This document shows positions 63,303 through 64,000 of a DNA stretch of 64,000 bases, in pieces. Source of the DNA: the human T2T-CHM13v2.0 reference genome, Homo sapiens; NCBI RefSeq assembly GCF_009914755.1, contig NC_060940.1. One strand, given 5' to 3'. The position numbers were made by a program, and so were the translations under genes. Under the pieces are notes generated by a model. The model was not told the DNA's origin. It worked only from the letters and a program-made list of their open reading frames with translations, and did not search any database. The first letter of the stretch is position 1. Every line of letters begins with the position of its first letter.

Positions 63303-63821
63303 TGTTGGGAACAGGCCCTCCAAAATCTGGCCATCTACTGGCCCCAAAACTGGCCATAAACAAAATCTCTGCAGCACTGTGACGTGTTCATGATGGCCAT
63401 AACGCCCACACTGGAAGGTTGCGGGTTTACCAGAATGTGGGCAAGAAACAACTGGCCCACTCAGGGCGGAAAACCGCTTAAAGGCCTTCTTAAACCACAA
63501 ACAATAGCATGAGCGATCGGTGCCTTAAGGACATGTTCCTGCTGCAGATAACTAGCCAAACCATCCCTTTGTTTCCCATAAGTGATACTTTTAGTTAATC
63601 CCGTTTCCCATAAGGGATACTTTTAGTTAATCCAGTATCTATAGAAACAATGCTAATGACTGGCTTGCTGTTAATAAATACGTGGGTAAATCTCTGTTGG
63701 GGCTCTCAGCTCTGAAGGCTGTGAGACCCGATTTCCCACTTCACACCTCTATACTTCTGTGTGTCTTTAATTCCTCTAGTGCCGCTGGGTTAGGATCTCC
63801 CCGACTGAGCTGGTCTCGGCA
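63303..63821 (+). mobile_element. MER9 (HERV-K HML-3) solo LTR
   Basis: TGTTGGGAACAGGCCC...GGTCTCGGCA; AATAAA near 63672; 6-bp TSD cactgg/cattgg. Confidence 0.85.
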
Positions 63822-64000
63822 CATTGGTATAAAGTTATTCTCAAAATCTTCCTAGTTTTAATAAATAGATTATCTGTAGTTATACCCTTTTCATTTTTGA
63901 TACTGGTTATTTGTACCAGTTTTCCTTTTCTTGTTAGAGGCCTTTGGGGCAGCCTGTGCCCTATAACTGATGAATGTGGGAATGTAAAGGCCCAGCCTTC

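Overview
Human (primate) genomic DNA, rich in AluY/S/J and L1PA repeats. It holds the 5' part of NETO2 (neuropilin and tolloid-like 2, a kainate-receptor auxiliary subunit; 16q12.1 from recall) on the minus strand. Coding exons 1-7 (34, 57, 141, 249, 45, 128 and 229 nt; signal peptide, CUB1, CUB2) were rebuilt from GT-AG boundaries and a continuous reading frame. The LDLa, transmembrane and cytoplasmic exons lie beyond the left edge. A CpG-island promoter (~53.7-55.5 kb) has a TATA-like/Inr pair, two uORFs and a possible divergent transcript. The rest is repeats: a full-length dead L1PA7-like element nested in an older L1M, about 28 Alus, MaLR/ERVL/HML-3 LTRs, hAT and Tigger DNA transposons, a U13 snoRNA retrocopy and an RPL23A processed pseudogene. 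The most notable inference is that exons 2-7 total 849 nt (283 codons) with matching phase-1 ends and inverted Alus on both sides. A back-spliced circle would therefore carry a stop-free endless ORF whose junction builds a new signal-peptide-like segment. The sequence also allows truncated CUB1-only isoforms (exon-4 read-through; intron-5 retention with a hydrophobic tail) and an L1 antisense promoter firing into the distal NETO2 exons. Repeat subfamily names come from recalled consensus sequences and their boundaries are approximate.
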